From: Candidatus Obscuribacterales bacterium
GTDB lineage: Bacteria > Cyanobacteriota > Vampirovibrionia > Obscuribacterales > Obscuribacteraceae
Direction of reading: 5' to 3'
Length of the DNA stretch: 64,000 bases
Assembly: GCA_965228855.1 (NCBI GenBank)
Contig: CBDDIJ010000005.1
Location: 864,001-928,000 of the forward strand
Shown here: positions 19,915 through 32,430 of the stretch, piece by piece
Layout: each line of letters starts with the position of its first letter
How positions within the stretch are numbered: the stretch's first letter is position 1
Notes under the pieces: generated by a model
What the model was told of the DNA's origin: nothing
Database searches by the model: none
Seen by the model: the letters and a program-made list of their open reading frames with translations, nothing else
Program-made: the position numbers and the translations under genes

Positions 19915-21423
19915 GTGGACAACAAGTATTCGAAACGATTTTGGCTCTCGCGACTTGGCGTTAGCTTAGTTTGCGCAGGAATGATGGCAGCACCCGCAGA
20001 TGCTGCCACTTCGACGGAACCGCAGTGGTCGCAGTTGTACGCCGAAGGTGTAAGCGCGCTTGATTCGGAAACGCCAACCGTGGCAGAGCAGCGACTGCGC
20101 AAGGCGCTCACGCTCGTCAAGAAACAGTCGAAGAATCAAGAAGATATCGACAACTGCATGGTGAAGTTGTCTTCAGCTTTGACTCTTCTAGGCAAAACTG
20201 CCGAAGCTCGTTCGATGCTGTTGCAAGCGCTGCCCCGTGCAGAGCGTGCTGGAGGTTCGCATCTCACCTCGGTCTTAATGGGTCTCGGCTCCATAGAAGA
20301 GGCGGCGGGAAACCACGCTGCCGCCATGAAGTATTACAATCGCGCGCTCGGAATCAACGAAAAGAACTACGGAACCTACACTCCGGAAGCCGCAGCTGCG
20401 CTGCATGGACTAGGTCGAGTCAATTACAAACTGGGCAACAAAAGCGCCGCAAGTGACAATTACAAACGCGCAATCACCATTTTGTCGAAAGAACCAAATC
20501 TCGATGCAGCCAATCAACTCAAGCGCGTCATGCACGAGTATGGAGATCTGATCAAAGGAAACGACCAATCTGACAAGACCCTAATCGATGATTTCAACAA
20601 AGACATTTTGAACAAGTCTAGCGTGAGTGGTTCGCAGACCGTTCCGCAGACTGGCGTCCCTAGCGTCGCTTCGAACTCGAGTCCAATCTCCGGTTCTGTT
20701 TCATCGTGGCAACAGCAAAGTACGCAACAGTTGGAGACCTCAAGAACTTCCGAGACGAATGAAGCCGAGGCCGTCTCCCTGCGCGGCATTCATATGCCTT
20801 CATCAGATCAGGCACTGAAGCCGGCGTTCAAAGCGATGAGTGATACCGTCTTCGGACAGAACCGCTACCGCGCCAGCGAAGCGCAGTATCAGCGGATGAT
20901 CGCATCTGACATCGACTCGCTCGGTCCCCATCATCCTTCAGTCGCAAATGATTTAAACGGACTCGCACAACTCTACATCGCGCAAAAGAAATACAACGAG
21001 GCAAAGCAGTGCCTAACTCGCGCACTAGCAATTTACGAATCAACTTATCACGCGCAAAACGCTTTGACAATCAACACAATGGCTTCGCTCGCTCTTGTCG
21101 AAGCCAATCTTGGACAGCTCCCGGAAGCGTCAAAACTCTATCGAGAGTCGCTTGCAAATGCTCAGGAAATCTTAGGTCCGAACAGTTTGGAGACCGCAAA
21201 GATTTTGAACGGTCTGGCGTTTCTCTACTATCAACAAGGCCAACTCGACAAAGCTAGCACAACTTATGAATGGGCAATCGCGAGTACCGAACAAGCCGTT
21301 GGCAAGAAAGACCCGCTCCTGGCGGCATGCTTGAAGGACTACGCAACTGTACTTCGCGGTCTGGACCAGAACGCAAAAGCAACCGAGGTCGAAACCCGCG
21401 CAGGACAAATCCTCTCGCAATAG
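19915..21423 (+). CDS. Secreted tetratricopeptide repeat protein (kinesin-light-chain-type TPRs), paralog A
   Basis: Signal peptide; LGPHHPSVANDLNGLAQLY-type 42-aa TPRs; Ser/Gln-rich central linker. Confidence 0.85.
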   Translation: MDNKYSKRFWLSRLGVSLVCAGMMAAPADAATSTEPQWSQLYAEGVSALDSETPTVAEQRLRKALTLVKKQSKNQEDIDNCMVKLSSALTLLGKTAEARSMLLQALPRAERAGGSHLTSVLMGLGSIEEAAGNHAAAMKYYNRALGINEKNYGTYTPEAAAALHGLGRVNYKLGNKSAASDNYKRAITILSKEPNLDAANQLKRVMHEYGDLIKGNDQSDKTLIDDFNKDILNKSSVSGSQTVPQTGVPSVASNSSPISGSVSSWQQQSTQQLETSRTSETNEAEAVSLRGIHMPSSDQALKPAFKAMSDTVFGQNRYRASEAQYQRMIASDIDSLGPHHPSVANDLNGLAQLYIAQKKYNEAKQCLTRALAIYESTYHAQNALTINTMASLALVEANLGQLPEASKLYRESLANAQEILGPNSLETAKILNGLAFLYYQQGQLDKASTTYEWAIASTEQAVGKKDPLLAACLKDYATVLRGLDQNAKATEVETRAGQILSQ

Positions 21424-21468
21424 TTTCAGCCTTCCCAACGCGGTCTACCTCAAAGTGAGGCGTCCTGC

Positions 21469-21958
21469 AAAGGGCTCTCTTTCGGCGTCCGCAAGGTGTC
21501 ATGCAAATTGGTTTGCAGCTTTTGGCATGAACGCTGCAATCAAAATTGCAGCGGCTAATTTTGAGCGTCGAAGGGGCTCTCTTTCGACGTCCGCGAGTGT
21601 CCTGCAAATTGGTTTGCAGCTTTTGGCATGAAAGCTGCAATCAAAATTGCAGCGGCTAACTTTGAGCGTCGAAAGGGCTCTCTTTCGGCGTCCGCGAGGT
21701 GTCCTGCAAATTGGTTTGCAGCTTTTGGCATGAAAGCTGCAATCAAAATTGCAGCGGCTAATTTTGAGCGTCGAAGGGGCTCTCTTTCGGCGTCCGCGAG
21801 GTGTCCTGCAAATTGGTTTGCAGCTTTTGGCATGAAAGCTGCAATCAAAATTGCAGCGGCTAACTTTGAGCGGCGAAAGGGCTCTCTTTCGACGTCCGCG
21901 AGGTGTCCTGCAAATTGGTTTGCAGCTTTTGGCATGAAAGCTGCAATCAAAATTGCAG
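21469..21958. repeat. ~4.8 tandem copies of a 102-bp multi-palindromic unit (REP/BIME-like)
   Basis: Units start near 21469, 21571, 21672, 21774 and 21876 and are nearly identical. They contain ctgcaaa-ttgg-tttgcag, gctgcaat-caaa-attgcagc and cgtcgaaag..ctttcggcg stems. Confidence 0.95.
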
Positions 21959-21962
21959 ACGT

Positions 21963-22018
21963 TTAGATAGCTGCTTTTGGCTTAGATAGCTGCTTCGGCT
22001 TAGATGTTTGCTTTCGGC
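21963..22018 (-). repeat. Three 18-19 bp direct repeats; the third copy is the last codons and stop of the MFP gene
   Basis: ttagatagctgcttttggc / ttagatagctgcttcggc / ttagatgtttgctttcggc. Confidence 0.8.
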
Positions 22019-23340
22019 ACAGCCCCGCTGACTGAAACCGGCACCTTGACCGGCTTCACGCGCGATTGGTTTTGCAATTCTTCGCTGCCTTCCTTCGCAA
22101 CCACATCGCCTTCTTTGATGTTGCCAAAGACTTCAACGAGCTGATCCATGATCTGTCCCTTCCGCACGGGAACCCACTCGACACGATCATTGGCGACCTT
22201 ACAAACGAAGGTGTCCAGGGGAGTGGAAACAACAGATGTGATCGGCACAAACAAACTTTCGGTCGGGCGACGTGTCGGCCAGTAAACCTTGGTGAACATC
22301 CCCGGCACCAGCTTGAAGTCTGGGTTCAGGTAGTTAAGTTCGACGGGCATGGTCCGCGTATCTTTGTCCAGGTTGTTCGCAAGACGAGCGACTGTTCCCT
22401 TAAAACGCTTTCCGGGAAACGATGAAACAGAGAACTCGACTTGCGATCCAATGATTACACCGGCAACCAGATCTTCTGGAACAGGAGCGACGATACGCAA
22501 TAGATCGAGTTGTTTTAATCTGCAAATTGGCGGATAAGCGCCGGTTCCATCCGGTCCGACGAAGCTACCCACGTGCATCTTACGCTCGGTGACATAACCA
22601 TCGAAAGGCGCATAGATCTCCAGATACGAAGCGAAATCAGCAAAACTTTCGAAAGCTTTGATCATCGCATCAACTTCTTCACGCTTCATCGAGACCTCGT
22701 GGTCCTTGGCGTTAACGCGTTTGATCATCGAGTTGACGTCCTGACGATCAGCTTTAACTGATTGAGACCATTGCACCACATCATTATCGGCGATCACCCC
22801 AGGCACCAGAGATGCCGCGTAAACACGTTGATAAGTCGACTGATCGGCAAGCAAGTTTGCGCGGCGCTTTTCGAGTTCCGCCTTGAGGTCCTCGACCTTT
22901 GACTCTTCAGCTGCCAGATCCGCTTTCGCGGCTGCCACTTTCGCCACAAATTCGTGCCTCTTAGCGAGATACTCAGGAGCGTACATGCGCACCATGAGCT
23001 GCCCTTTCTTTACGACAGAACCGCGGTCAACGTTCAACTCTTTTACAAAACCAGGCACTTTAGGATAGATCAGCACGTCCTGATAGGCGTTGATCTCTCC
23101 GGGCAGCTGGTCTTCGCGAAACAATGTCTTCTTCACCACTGGCACAACTGGAAGCGTGATTTCAGTATTGACAGGCTTTTCAACCACTACAGGTTTGTGA
23201 CGCTTCATCCACATGAAATAGAATGCACCACCAGCGATGGCTATCACAATTACAACGAATACGATGTTCTTCAGACTGAATATCTCAGCCAAGCTCGAAT
23301 TACCGGAGGGTTCTTGTTGAATGTTGTGTTCGCTTTCCAT
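22000..23340 (-). CDS. RND efflux periplasmic adaptor (membrane fusion protein)
   Basis: N-terminal TM; IYPKVPGFVKELNVDRGSVVKKGQ, coiled-coil hairpin, IYAPFDGYVTER..GSFV, TRTMPVE, LVPGMF. Confidence 0.92.
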   Translation of the reverse strand: MESEHNIQQEPSGNSSLAEIFSLKNIVFVVIVIAIAGGAFYFMWMKRHKPVVVEKPVNTEITLPVVPVVKKTLFREDQLPGEINAYQDVLIYPKVPGFVKELNVDRGSVVKKGQLMVRMYAPEYLAKRHEFVAKVAAAKADLAAEESKVEDLKAELEKRRANLLADQSTYQRVYAASLVPGVIADNDVVQWSQSVKADRQDVNSMIKRVNAKDHEVSMKREEVDAMIKAFESFADFASYLEIYAPFDGYVTERKMHVGSFVGPDGTGAYPPICRLKQLDLLRIVAPVPEDLVAGVIIGSQVEFSVSSFPGKRFKGTVARLANNLDKDTRTMPVELNYLNPDFKLVPGMFTKVYWPTRRPTESLFVPITSVVSTPLDTFVCKVANDRVEWVPVRKGQIMDQLVEVFGNIKEGDVVAKEGSEELQNQSRVKPVKVPVSVSGAVPKANI

Positions 23341-23346
23341 GATGTT

Positions 23347-26300
23347 CTACAAAATCTGATCGTCGGGGTGAAGTGATTTGACCTTAACAGGCGCGTTCGC
23401 CTGGATTATCGAATAAACCAGCGGAAGAATTGTCAAAACAGAAAGAGTTGACATCGACAATCCGCCGATCACGGCGCGTCCAAGAGGTGCGCTTTGCCCC
23501 TCGGACAAAGCCATTGGCACCATCCCTGCCACCATGGCAATCGACGTCATCAGAATGGGGCGCATACGCTGTTGAGCTCCGTGAACAGCAGCCTGATTGG
23601 CTGTCATTCCACCCGCGCGACTCTCCTCGGCAAACACAACCATCAAGATCGCGTTGGCAATGCCAACGCCGACCGACATAATTGCACCCATGAATGATTG
23701 AACATTCAGCGTTGTTCCAGTGAGCGTAAGAGATGTGAGAACCCCAAGCAGAATTGCCGGGGTGGTAGACATGACAATCAGAACAACACGGGCAGCCTGG
23801 AAGTATGCGAGCAGCATCAAGGTTATTACGACGACAGCCAGCAGCAAACCGGTAAGCAGATGGAAGAATGTATCCTCAAGAACCGGCACCTGACCTGCCA
23901 CATCAACAAACACACCGGCGGGTGGAGTACCCGCGCGTTGCACCGCTTCCTTCACGGCTTCGCCGACACGCCCGAGATCGTGCCCTTCCAGATTGGCGGT
24001 CAGCGACACTGTGCGCATCATATTGTAGCGGTCCATCTCACCGTCGGTAACACCATATTGGACTTTCGCAACATCAGAGATCAAAGGATGTTGCGGTCGC
24101 CGCGTTTTATGGTCCGGGTAATACCGGTCGGTATCTGGATCTTCAAGCTCATCGTTATACTCAGGCATTTGAATTTTCCGAGCGCTGTTCATCGTCGGAA
24201 ACTTCTCTATGTCGTCTTTGGATTTAATCTGATCCTGCGGGACTTGCACCTGGACCTGATAAGAGAAGCCGCTGTTTTTATCACGCCACAAACTCAGATG
24301 CACAAAACGGCTTGAGAAAAATGCCGGCTGCAACGACATACCAATGTCTTTTGCGGTAACGCCATACTGTCCCGCGAGTTCTCGATCGATATCGATATCG
24401 ACGCTCGGATAGTCGAGAGGCAGCCCCCACTGGAGATCCCGAAGCATCTTTATTTTCTTCATTTCCGCCAGCACTTTGTTGGCGAAGAGTTTGTTTGCCA
24501 CCATATCCGGTCCCATCACCTGGACCTTAATTGGCGTGGGCGAACCGATGTTCATGATCTGGCTGACCATGTCGCCTGGCTCAAACGACATTTTTGTATC
24601 AGGAATGTCTTTGGCGAGCTTAACCCTCAGCCTATCTTTCAGCTCAGCCATATCGATCTTCAAAGAGTCCTTGAGCTGCACGTCCAACACCGCCTGGTGC
24701 GGTCCACTCGTCCATAGAAATGCAGAGCTGATCGGAAACATCGGAGGCTGCTGTCCGGCATATCCAAGCGTCTTCTCGACATTGTCGGCGCCAACCTCTT
24801 CTTTGACAATCGCAATTGTCTTCAATACCCGCTTTTCAAGCGCCTCTACGCGCATGCCGGTCGGCGCCGAAATGCGAACGCGAAATTGTTTGCTGCCGTT
24901 ATCTGGGAATAGTTCCTTGCCAATGTCGAGATAAAGAAAGACTACAACAGCAACTGAAACGAGTACATAAACAGGAACAACAATCAGTCTCAGCGGCAGC
25001 AAGAATTTGATGAGTGCTCCCAGTCCATCTTTCAGGTTATCTACCCAATCACGTTTAGGGGCTTCATGCTTGTGTTTCAAGATCCAGACCGACATGATCG
25101 GCACCACTGTTGATGCCAGCGTGGTCGATGCTACCATTGCAAAACCGACAGCCAGAGAGAGCGGGATAAACAATTCGCGTGTCATGCCCGTCATGAAGAA
25201 TGATGGAACGAATACCGCGCAAACCGACAACATCGCTAACAATCGCGGAACCATCGTCTCGACGCAAGCATTATAGACAGCTCGCGCCATCGCCTCGCCC
25301 TCTGCCAGGTGGCTGTGAATGTTTTCAATACAAACCGTTGCTTCGTCGACCAGAATGCCAATCGACAGCGCTAAGCCGCTCAGCGTCTGGATATTGAAGG
25401 TCTGACCGCAGATTGACAGCGCTACGATTGCCGACAGGAGAGAGAGCGGAATGCTGGTTACGACGATCAGGGTGCTGCGAAAATCGCGCAAGAAAAGAAG
25501 AATCATCAAGCCTGGAAGCAGCGTTCCAAGCAGACCCTCATGGAATACGTTCTCTATCGCCTCACGAACATATTTCGATTGATCGAACTCATAGCTGATT
25601 TTGACACCAGGCGGCAACACCTCCTGCATACGAGGCAGAGCAGCCTGGAGTGCGTCAACCACCGAGACGGTGGACGCGTCAGCTCGTTTAACAGCCGGAA
25701 TGTAGACCGTTCTTCGCCCCTGGAAAAGCGCATAACCAGCCAGAATGTCTGCGGAGTCCTCAACAGTGCCGATGTCCTTGATAAAGATCTGGGGACCATG
25801 GCCGGTTCTAATCGGCATGTAATCCAGTTGATGGATATCAGGCAAATCCGAGTTAACGGGCGCGATTCGAAGGTAGTCGCCAGTACGGACGTTGCCGCTC
25901 GGCAATACCTGGTTGCCTTCTTCAAGCGCCTTAATGACTTCATCGCCCGATATGTTGTATTTGCGAAGCTTGTCGGCATCTACGCTTATAACAATCGTCC
26001 GAATGTTTCCACCAAACGGAGGCGGCGCTTCAGCACCAGGAACGGTGGCAAGCATCGGACGAACTCGTGTGTAGGCCAGATCCTCTAATTCCTTTACGGT
26101 CTTGGTTTCCGACGACAGCACCAGTTGCCCGACGGGCAAACTGCCCGCGTCAAATCGCAGCACAAAAGGATTGTAGGTTCCATGCGGCATCAAACTCGTA
26201 GCCCGGTTGGCCATCGCAACGATACTGGCCATCGCACTCGCCATATCCGTATCGGACTGAAAAAACACCTTGATTAAGCTCAAGTTTTGAATCGACTGCG

Positions 26301-26544
26301 ACTCAATGTGCTCAATCCCCGGGACGTATAGGAAAAAGAGCTCGTAGCTGGACGTTATATAGCCTTCGATTTGCGCCGGCGACATGCCACCGTATCCCTG
26401 GATAACGTAAATCGCAGGAATCTTCAAATCGGGGAAGATATCGCGCTTCATACTGGTAATCGCGCCGACTGAGACCAGTAGCAAAGCAAGGACAACCGCC
26501 ACGATTGTGATCGGTCGTTTCATTGCCCAAGCTACGATCCACAT
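23347..26544 (-). CDS. RND family efflux permease
   Basis: 1065 aa; 12-TM RND layout; GILVDEATVCIENI; RMRPILMTS..GMVPMAL..PLGRAVIGGL. Confidence 0.95.
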   Translation of the reverse strand: MWIVAWAMKRPITIVAVVLALLLVSVGAITSMKRDIFPDLKIPAIYVIQGYGGMSPAQIEGYITSSYELFFLYVPGIEHIESQSIQNLSLIKVFFQSDTDMASAMASIVAMANRATSLMPHGTYNPFVLRFDAGSLPVGQLVLSSETKTVKELEDLAYTRVRPMLATVPGAEAPPPFGGNIRTIVISVDADKLRKYNISGDEVIKALEEGNQVLPSGNVRTGDYLRIAPVNSDLPDIHQLDYMPIRTGHGPQIFIKDIGTVEDSADILAGYALFQGRRTVYIPAVKRADASTVSVVDALQAALPRMQEVLPPGVKISYEFDQSKYVREAIENVFHEGLLGTLLPGLMILLFLRDFRSTLIVVTSIPLSLLSAIVALSICGQTFNIQTLSGLALSIGILVDEATVCIENIHSHLAEGEAMARAVYNACVETMVPRLLAMLSVCAVFVPSFFMTGMTRELFIPLSLAVGFAMVASTTLASTVVPIMSVWILKHKHEAPKRDWVDNLKDGLGALIKFLLPLRLIVVPVYVLVSVAVVVFLYLDIGKELFPDNGSKQFRVRISAPTGMRVEALEKRVLKTIAIVKEEVGADNVEKTLGYAGQQPPMFPISSAFLWTSGPHQAVLDVQLKDSLKIDMAELKDRLRVKLAKDIPDTKMSFEPGDMVSQIMNIGSPTPIKVQVMGPDMVANKLFANKVLAEMKKIKMLRDLQWGLPLDYPSVDIDIDRELAGQYGVTAKDIGMSLQPAFFSSRFVHLSLWRDKNSGFSYQVQVQVPQDQIKSKDDIEKFPTMNSARKIQMPEYNDELEDPDTDRYYPDHKTRRPQHPLISDVAKVQYGVTDGEMDRYNMMRTVSLTANLEGHDLGRVGEAVKEAVQRAGTPPAGVFVDVAGQVPVLEDTFFHLLTGLLLAVVVITLMLLAYFQAARVVLIVMSTTPAILLGVLTSLTLTGTTLNVQSFMGAIMSVGVGIANAILMVVFAEESRAGGMTANQAAVHGAQQRMRPILMTSIAMVAGMVPMALSEGQSAPLGRAVIGGLSMSTLSVLTILPLVYSIIQANAPVKVKSLHPDDQIL

Positions 26545-26573
26545 AGACCCTCTACTACCCCGAAACTACGAGT

Positions 26574-28067
26574 TCATTGCTGCCCGCTAGCCGCCTCTCC
26601 CTCTGCTATTTTTACCAGTTTGAAAAACGATTCCAAATCACCCTGAGCGTAGCCTAACGCTAGAATGGCACGCCAAACTTCAATTTGCGCGACGGCATCT
26701 TCAACGGTCGCCGTGGCGAGGTTTTCTTCGGCAATTGCCAGAGACACCACATTGTTGAGCCCAACGCTATACCTTTTTAAAATATTGGTTTCGCGCACAC
26801 GAGCAGCTTCAACCAGAGTCGGCGTGGTCTTCGCGACTTTCTTGGTTTGCTCCAGCAAAACTCGACTATTCGCGTCTTTCTTCTCGAGCACTAGCATCGC
26901 CAGATCGAAATCGGCTTTGGCAGCCATTTCGTTGCTTTTCGCCATGTCCTTTTGAGCGCGAAGCGGAAAATATTCCAAGAACGGAAAGCTGAATGAGGCG
27001 CCCACCATGTAGTTGAATACCTGCGGTACGACTCCTCCACCGACAGGCTTGATTGGATTCACACTGTCACCGCTGCCTCGTCCCCAGAGTGACGCGTTGA
27101 GCCAAAGGTGCGGCCGGTAAGCCTTATCGAGAACGATCTGTTTGGCTTTCCAGCGCTGAATCTCCGCGTATTTAAACCGCGCGAGAGGGTGAGACGTCAA
27201 ATCAACACGCTTTTCAATGTTTACGTCAAGCGGACTGCGAACAACGGGGTCGGAAATGATATCGAAGTCATGAGTGGCAAGCCCCATCTTTTCTGCCAGA
27301 TCGACAAGCGACAGGCGAAAATCCTTCTCAGCTTTAATCAATGCGATCTTCGCCTTAGCCACTTCATAATCGAGGTCAGCCGCATCAACTCCGGGTCTTA
27401 ACCCCTCAGCTACGAGAGTCTTCACTCTCAAATTTGCAGCTTCCATGTGATCGAGCGCAGCTTGACGAGCGATGATTGTCTGTTTAGCAGCCGCAGCGTG
27501 AAAGAAAGAATCCGCGGTCGCGAAGGCGACGTCGAGTTCGGTCAGATTGATATCCGCGCGAGCAGTGCGGGCATCAGCATCGGCAAAACGGTCATTTGCC
27601 TTACGCAATCCAAAATCAACCATCAACCAGTTCAAGTTTAAACCTTGAAGGTTGTTGACAATAGGCTTGAGCGTCGTGCTCGAAACGGGAGGACCGGAAT
27701 CGACCGGCACGGTGTCAAAACCGGACACATTGTTCATGACAACACTGGCTATGCGATTCGGCGTCACACCCGAGATTTGTACGTCCGCATTCAGGTTTGG
27801 CAAATACTGCATCTTGGCTAGCGAAACATTGGCTTTCGCGGCGCGCAGTTTGAAAAAGCGATTACGAATAGAGGGATAATTTTTGACGGCCAGATCTACG
27901 CTCTCGCGCAGGCTGATCGCCTTAGTGGGCTGAATTGGTTGAAATTGCAAATCCGGAGGAGCAACCTCTCTTCCGACAGCGCACGCGGGTTCGACGGATG
28001 AGCGAAAGAAAGCAATAGTGATCGCGATCACCAAAATCGAGTTTCTAACGAGTCCATGAGGTTTCAT
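26574..28067 (-). CDS. TolC-family outer membrane factor
   Basis: Signal peptide; ISLRESVDLAVKNYP, YLPNLN, two OEP repeats; first gene of the TolC-RND-MFP operon. Confidence 0.88.
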   Translation of the reverse strand: MKPHGLVRNSILVIAITIAFFRSSVEPACAVGREVAPPDLQFQPIQPTKAISLRESVDLAVKNYPSIRNRFFKLRAAKANVSLAKMQYLPNLNADVQISGVTPNRIASVVMNNVSGFDTVPVDSGPPVSSTTLKPIVNNLQGLNLNWLMVDFGLRKANDRFADADARTARADINLTELDVAFATADSFFHAAAAKQTIIARQAALDHMEAANLRVKTLVAEGLRPGVDAADLDYEVAKAKIALIKAEKDFRLSLVDLAEKMGLATHDFDIISDPVVRSPLDVNIEKRVDLTSHPLARFKYAEIQRWKAKQIVLDKAYRPHLWLNASLWGRGSGDSVNPIKPVGGGVVPQVFNYMVGASFSFPFLEYFPLRAQKDMAKSNEMAAKADFDLAMLVLEKKDANSRVLLEQTKKVAKTTPTLVEAARVRETNILKRYSVGLNNVVSLAIAEENLATATVEDAVAQIEVWRAILALGYAQGDLESFFKLVKIAEGEAASGQQ

Positions 28068-28217
28068 TTGTGATTCGGCCTCGCCTCAGCAGCGGCAGTC
28101 GTTTTGAGGAGAGGTAGTAAGCAGGAGAGAAATTGCTGTGAAGCTGCTAATTTTACTCGACTAGAGCTGGTGATTGAGCGTTATTTAAGTAGGCATAATT
28201 TCTTGCAATCGACTAGC

Positions 28218-28223
28218 TATAAT
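28218..28223 (+). promoter_or_regulatory. Consensus -10 box (TATAAT) 7 nt before ATG 28231; probable leaderless promoter
   Basis: gctataatgctcgtgATGaaacag; no SD sequence between the box and the start. Confidence 0.5.
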
Positions 28224-28230
28224 GCTCGTG

Positions 28231-28925
28231 ATGAAACAGCCCCTCTTGCGCAGACCGCTGAAACTTTCGCCCTTATTAGTGCTCGTACTGAGTTCCTATT
28301 GTTGCGCGCCCGGGTTCGCAGACGATGAGGGCTCGTTTTTTAACTTCAAAAACTCGGATTTCTTTGAGGTCGCTCTTCCAAAAGAGGACGAGAAGAGAAA
28401 AGAACGCGAGGAGCGTGAAGAGGAAGAAGAGGAAAAGGAACGAGAAGAACGCAACGTCGATAAGCAAGACTGGCAAAATCGCCCGGACAACCCAGCTGAA
28501 GATTGGCGCGAGAGCTTCATTGACGCAAGTTATGGGCGTAATGACTTTCGCGATTTACAAGCGGACAACAGCTTGAGCAAAATGTTCGACCTTCGCGATT
28601 ATCGCAAGCAAGACTTCAGTCCGGACCGTGGAAGCAGTGACGATTCCTCGCGCTCAGATGCTTACGACTTGAGCAGCGATGATGCAAGTGATGCAAAAAT
28701 TGAACGCGACCGGTATCGCCGTCGCATGAAAGAAGACGATAAGAAGATGCGCCTGGAGTTGGATAAACCAATTGACGGATTGCTCCACGACTGGGTTCCG
28801 TCACCACCGGACAAGACTCACAATGGTGGCTTCACGTCGCCCCCGGACAATGGCTACGTTGTCCCATACAAACTCAATGGTTGGATAGAGATAGAACGCA
28901 AACTACCCTGGGAGGCAGAGCACTA

Positions 28926-28926
<1 letters not shown>
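28231..28926 (+). CDS. Secreted highly charged (Asp/Glu/Arg-rich) hypothetical protein
   Basis: Signal peptide (..CAPGFA), E/K/R-rich tract, aromatic/Pro-rich C-terminus. Its stop overlaps the GTG of the next gene. Confidence 0.7.
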
Positions 28927-30568
<1,642 letters not shown>

Positions 30569-30572
<4 letters not shown>

Positions 30573-32350
30573 GCTATGAGGAAAACCAGTTGAAGAGTAT
30601 TATCTCGGGCAGAGTAATAACAATTCTCGCAGCATTTTTTGCGCTTGCACTAAACTCCGAAGAGAATTGTTTAGCCCAAAGCTCAAAGCCGGATCCCAGG
30701 ACGACCGCTGCGTCTCACCCAAAAAAACCGCCGAGAGCTTCTCTGGACAAACTTCGGGCAGGCATCCAATCTGGAAACGTCATGCCGATTGAAAAGAATT
30801 GGAAGATGCCTAAACCATCAAATCTTCCAGCAACGGACGATGCAAAAAAAATAGAAGTACGAAATCGAATTCCATCAACCAGCAGTGACTACCTGCAAAT
30901 GCTCAATAAGAGTAGTCGCACAATGGCAGCCAATCAAAATGACGCTGGAGCTTATCTTGATGCGTCTTACGCTTATCGCAATATGGGTCAATTTGAGGAG
31001 GCATTGAAAAATTGCAAGAAAGCAATCGAACTCAATCCTGATTTAGCCGTGGCTCATAGCGAACTTGGCTTGGTCAACGCAAGCCTTGGGAACGATACGG
31101 AGGCAATTAAAAATTTCACTCGAGCGATCGAATTAGATCCCAAAAACTCCGCATTCTATAGTCATCGAGCCTGGATGTATGCAGCGGCAAAGAAAGAAGA
31201 TCTGGCTATAGCGGAAGCAACGAAGTCGATTCAGATTTGGGACGGTTATTCTCCAGCATATTATTGCCGAGGCCGCGCCTATCTGGAGAAGGCAGAATGG
31301 CAAAAGGCAATTGACGATTTCAGCAGGGCAATAAAACTTTTTCCGGATCAAGATTCGGACTATTACTCATCGCGCGCTTATGCTTATTTCCAGCTTTCCG
31401 ACTTTCGAAACGCGCTGTTGGACCTGATTGTACCAATACGTATGGAATCGCAAACTAAGCACTTTAATATCTTTCAGCAGGTTGCACTTTTGCATCCGGA
31501 CTCATTTCAGAAAACACTTCTAGACCTAAACTTTAGAGTGCTGAAGAACAAGAAGGACGCGAACGCACTCTTAAACAGGGCGATCGCCTACTCACTTGTT
31601 CGCGAATACGACAAGGCGCTTTCGGACCTGGATGCGGCGAGCAAACTGGCACCAAAGAACGGAACGATTCACAGAGAGCGCGGGTTGGTTTTTCTGCAAA
31701 CTGGCCGCATTAGCGATGCTGTGTCGGAGTTGAATCAAGCAATTAAGCTGGATCCGGAAGACCAGTCGGCGAAAAATCGCCTGTTATCAGCGAAAGCGCT
31801 CCTAGCAAAGCCTGGAAAAATTAGCAAACTCGAGGTAGCAAAAGTTATGTCAACGAAGCCGGCAACTGGCAGCTCGTTACGTCCTGCAGAAAGCGTCGAA
31901 GCCAACGTTGAGTCACAGAGTGAAGCACAAGAGGTTATTAAAAAGTACGTCGCGAACCTAGCCAAAGAAAATCTTCGCGAACATCTTCCTGAACGTGCTG
32001 ATTTCGACAAACAAGCCAGCCGGGACTTGATCAAATATTTCGAAAGAGAACTAAACCGAAAGATTAGTGTCGAGGTTGAGCTACTTTCAGACGTTCCCTC
32101 ACCGACTTTCGGCGGGCTGCCCACCATATACTGCTGGGTCAAGGTCAAGGATGGTCCTCAACTCTTGAAAGAGGGAGTAGCAATCCTGACGACTCAAAAC
32201 AAGCATGACGTCCTCGTTCAGTCGTTCTTTACAGGTGCGCAAGTTAAGGCAAATCCCGACCTCGTCCGAAAGAAATTTCCCCACGAGATGGTGCCCGAGA
32301 TCCTTTTTCGGGCCGGTCTCCGCGCGATGCCGAAACCAATCACGCGATAA
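30569..32350 (+). CDS. Secreted TPR protein (34-aa TPRs) with C-terminal uncharacterised domain
   Basis: Repeated A..NF.RAIEL.P and AY..RG motifs; ATGA overlap with upstream gene. Confidence 0.85.
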
Positions 32351-32430
32351 GTTTCGAACATCGGCTCTCTCACATCCAACCATCGGATCTTGTCCACCGA
32401 GGTTTCCCCAGCGTGGCGACTAAGGGAAAC

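Noticed and set aside
21469..21958. CRISPR array
   Set aside because: Units are near-identical over the full 102 bp with no unique spacers, and no cas genes are in the window.
21555..21966. 131-aa and 112-aa repeat ORFs on both strands
   Set aside because: By-product of a unit length divisible by 3; a 1-bp deletion in unit 2 breaks the frame; no RBS seen.
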